DNA of 50,264 nt. Origin: a virus. Lineage: Duplodnaviria > Heunggongvirae > Uroviricota > Caudoviricetes. The notes below the pieces were generated by a model, which was not told the origin of the DNA, searched no databases, and saw only the letters and a list, made by a program, of their open reading frames with translations. Of this stretch, positions 49,893-50,264 are shown in pieces. The translations under genes and the position numbers were made by a program. Each line of letters opens with the position of its first letter. Within the stretch, counting starts at the first letter, position 1. Where the stretch lies: IMG/VR virus record IMGVR_UViG_2925891887_000005; one strand, given 5' to 3'.

Positions 49893-50225
49893 CCGAAATT
49901 CCTACATCCTCGGTACTACATGCTTAGTCAGTCTTTACATTCGCTTGCCAACTGCGGACGGACACGCCACTAACAAACTAGCCTGATTAAGTTTTAACGC
50001 TTCAACCCCAGGCAGGGCTTCCACGCGATCTCTTTTGGGTTTGACCTCTCTTGATCCCCGTCCTAAGAGCGGAGGCTAGGGAGAGAGGGCTCTAAGCAGG
50101 TTATTAAGCTGCTAAAGCGTAGTTTTCGTCGTTTGCGACTATTTTTTGCGGCTTTTTACGAGGCCAACCGCCCCTCGGCATGCACCTTGGGTTTCGCAAA
50201 TCCCGTCGAATCCAGAATCAGCCCC
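49863..50225 (-). ncRNA. ssrA: tmRNA (SsrA), complete 363-nt gene
   Basis: Reverse complement reads GGGGCTGATTCTGGATTCGACGGG ... tag ORF GCAAACGACGAAAACTACGCTTTAGCAGCTTAA (ANDENYALAA) ... GGTTCAACTCCCGCCAGCTCCACCA; a TATACT -10 element lies just upstream at about 50240. Confidence 0.95.
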
Positions 50226-50264
50226 AATGTGTAAAGGTAAGTATACCAGATTTATGAGCGCCAT

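Overview
This window is a composite mobile island at the tmRNA gene ssrA of an enterobacterial (E. coli-like) chromosome. Intact ssrA sits at the right edge (49863-50225, minus strand). Its 3'-terminal 30 bp (tggtggagctggcgggagttgaacccgcgt) recurs as a direct repeat at 3671-3700, and the two copies bracket a ~46-kb lambda-like prophage. Read left to right the prophage carries: a three-gene AT-rich cassette, int/xis, an early-left operon (membrane protein, HD hydrolase, YfdQ/YfdP-like), a cI/cro immunity region, a translationally coupled early-right operon (O-like initiator with iterons, Dam-like methyltransferase, RusA, KilA-N, DUF968, Q), a second methyltransferase, a phage-21-type lysis cassette (pinholin, SAR endolysin, Rz/Rz1), lambda-type packaging genes, a ClpP-protease/major-capsid fusion, an almost lambda-identical tail module (Z U V G/T H M L K I J), lom, stf/tfa, and a right-arm cargo of a GIY-YIG protein plus an EcoRII-type R-M pair. 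Left of the 3671-3700 repeat lies a P4-family integrase with AT-rich cargo (a 582-aa protein with a receiver-like N-terminus and a small 4-TM protein) that runs off the window edge, so two elements have stacked at ssrA. The best candidates for an undescribed system are the GHKL-ATPase-like / STAS-like / membrane-protein operon at 3842-5730 and the receiver-like protein plus membrane partner at 1-2237; the GIY-YIG protein and the 296-aa membrane protein at 7118-8008 are secondary candidates. All calls rest on reading the supplied ORF translations and the DNA by eye; no searches or computations were run, and the homologies stated are from memory of the protein families.
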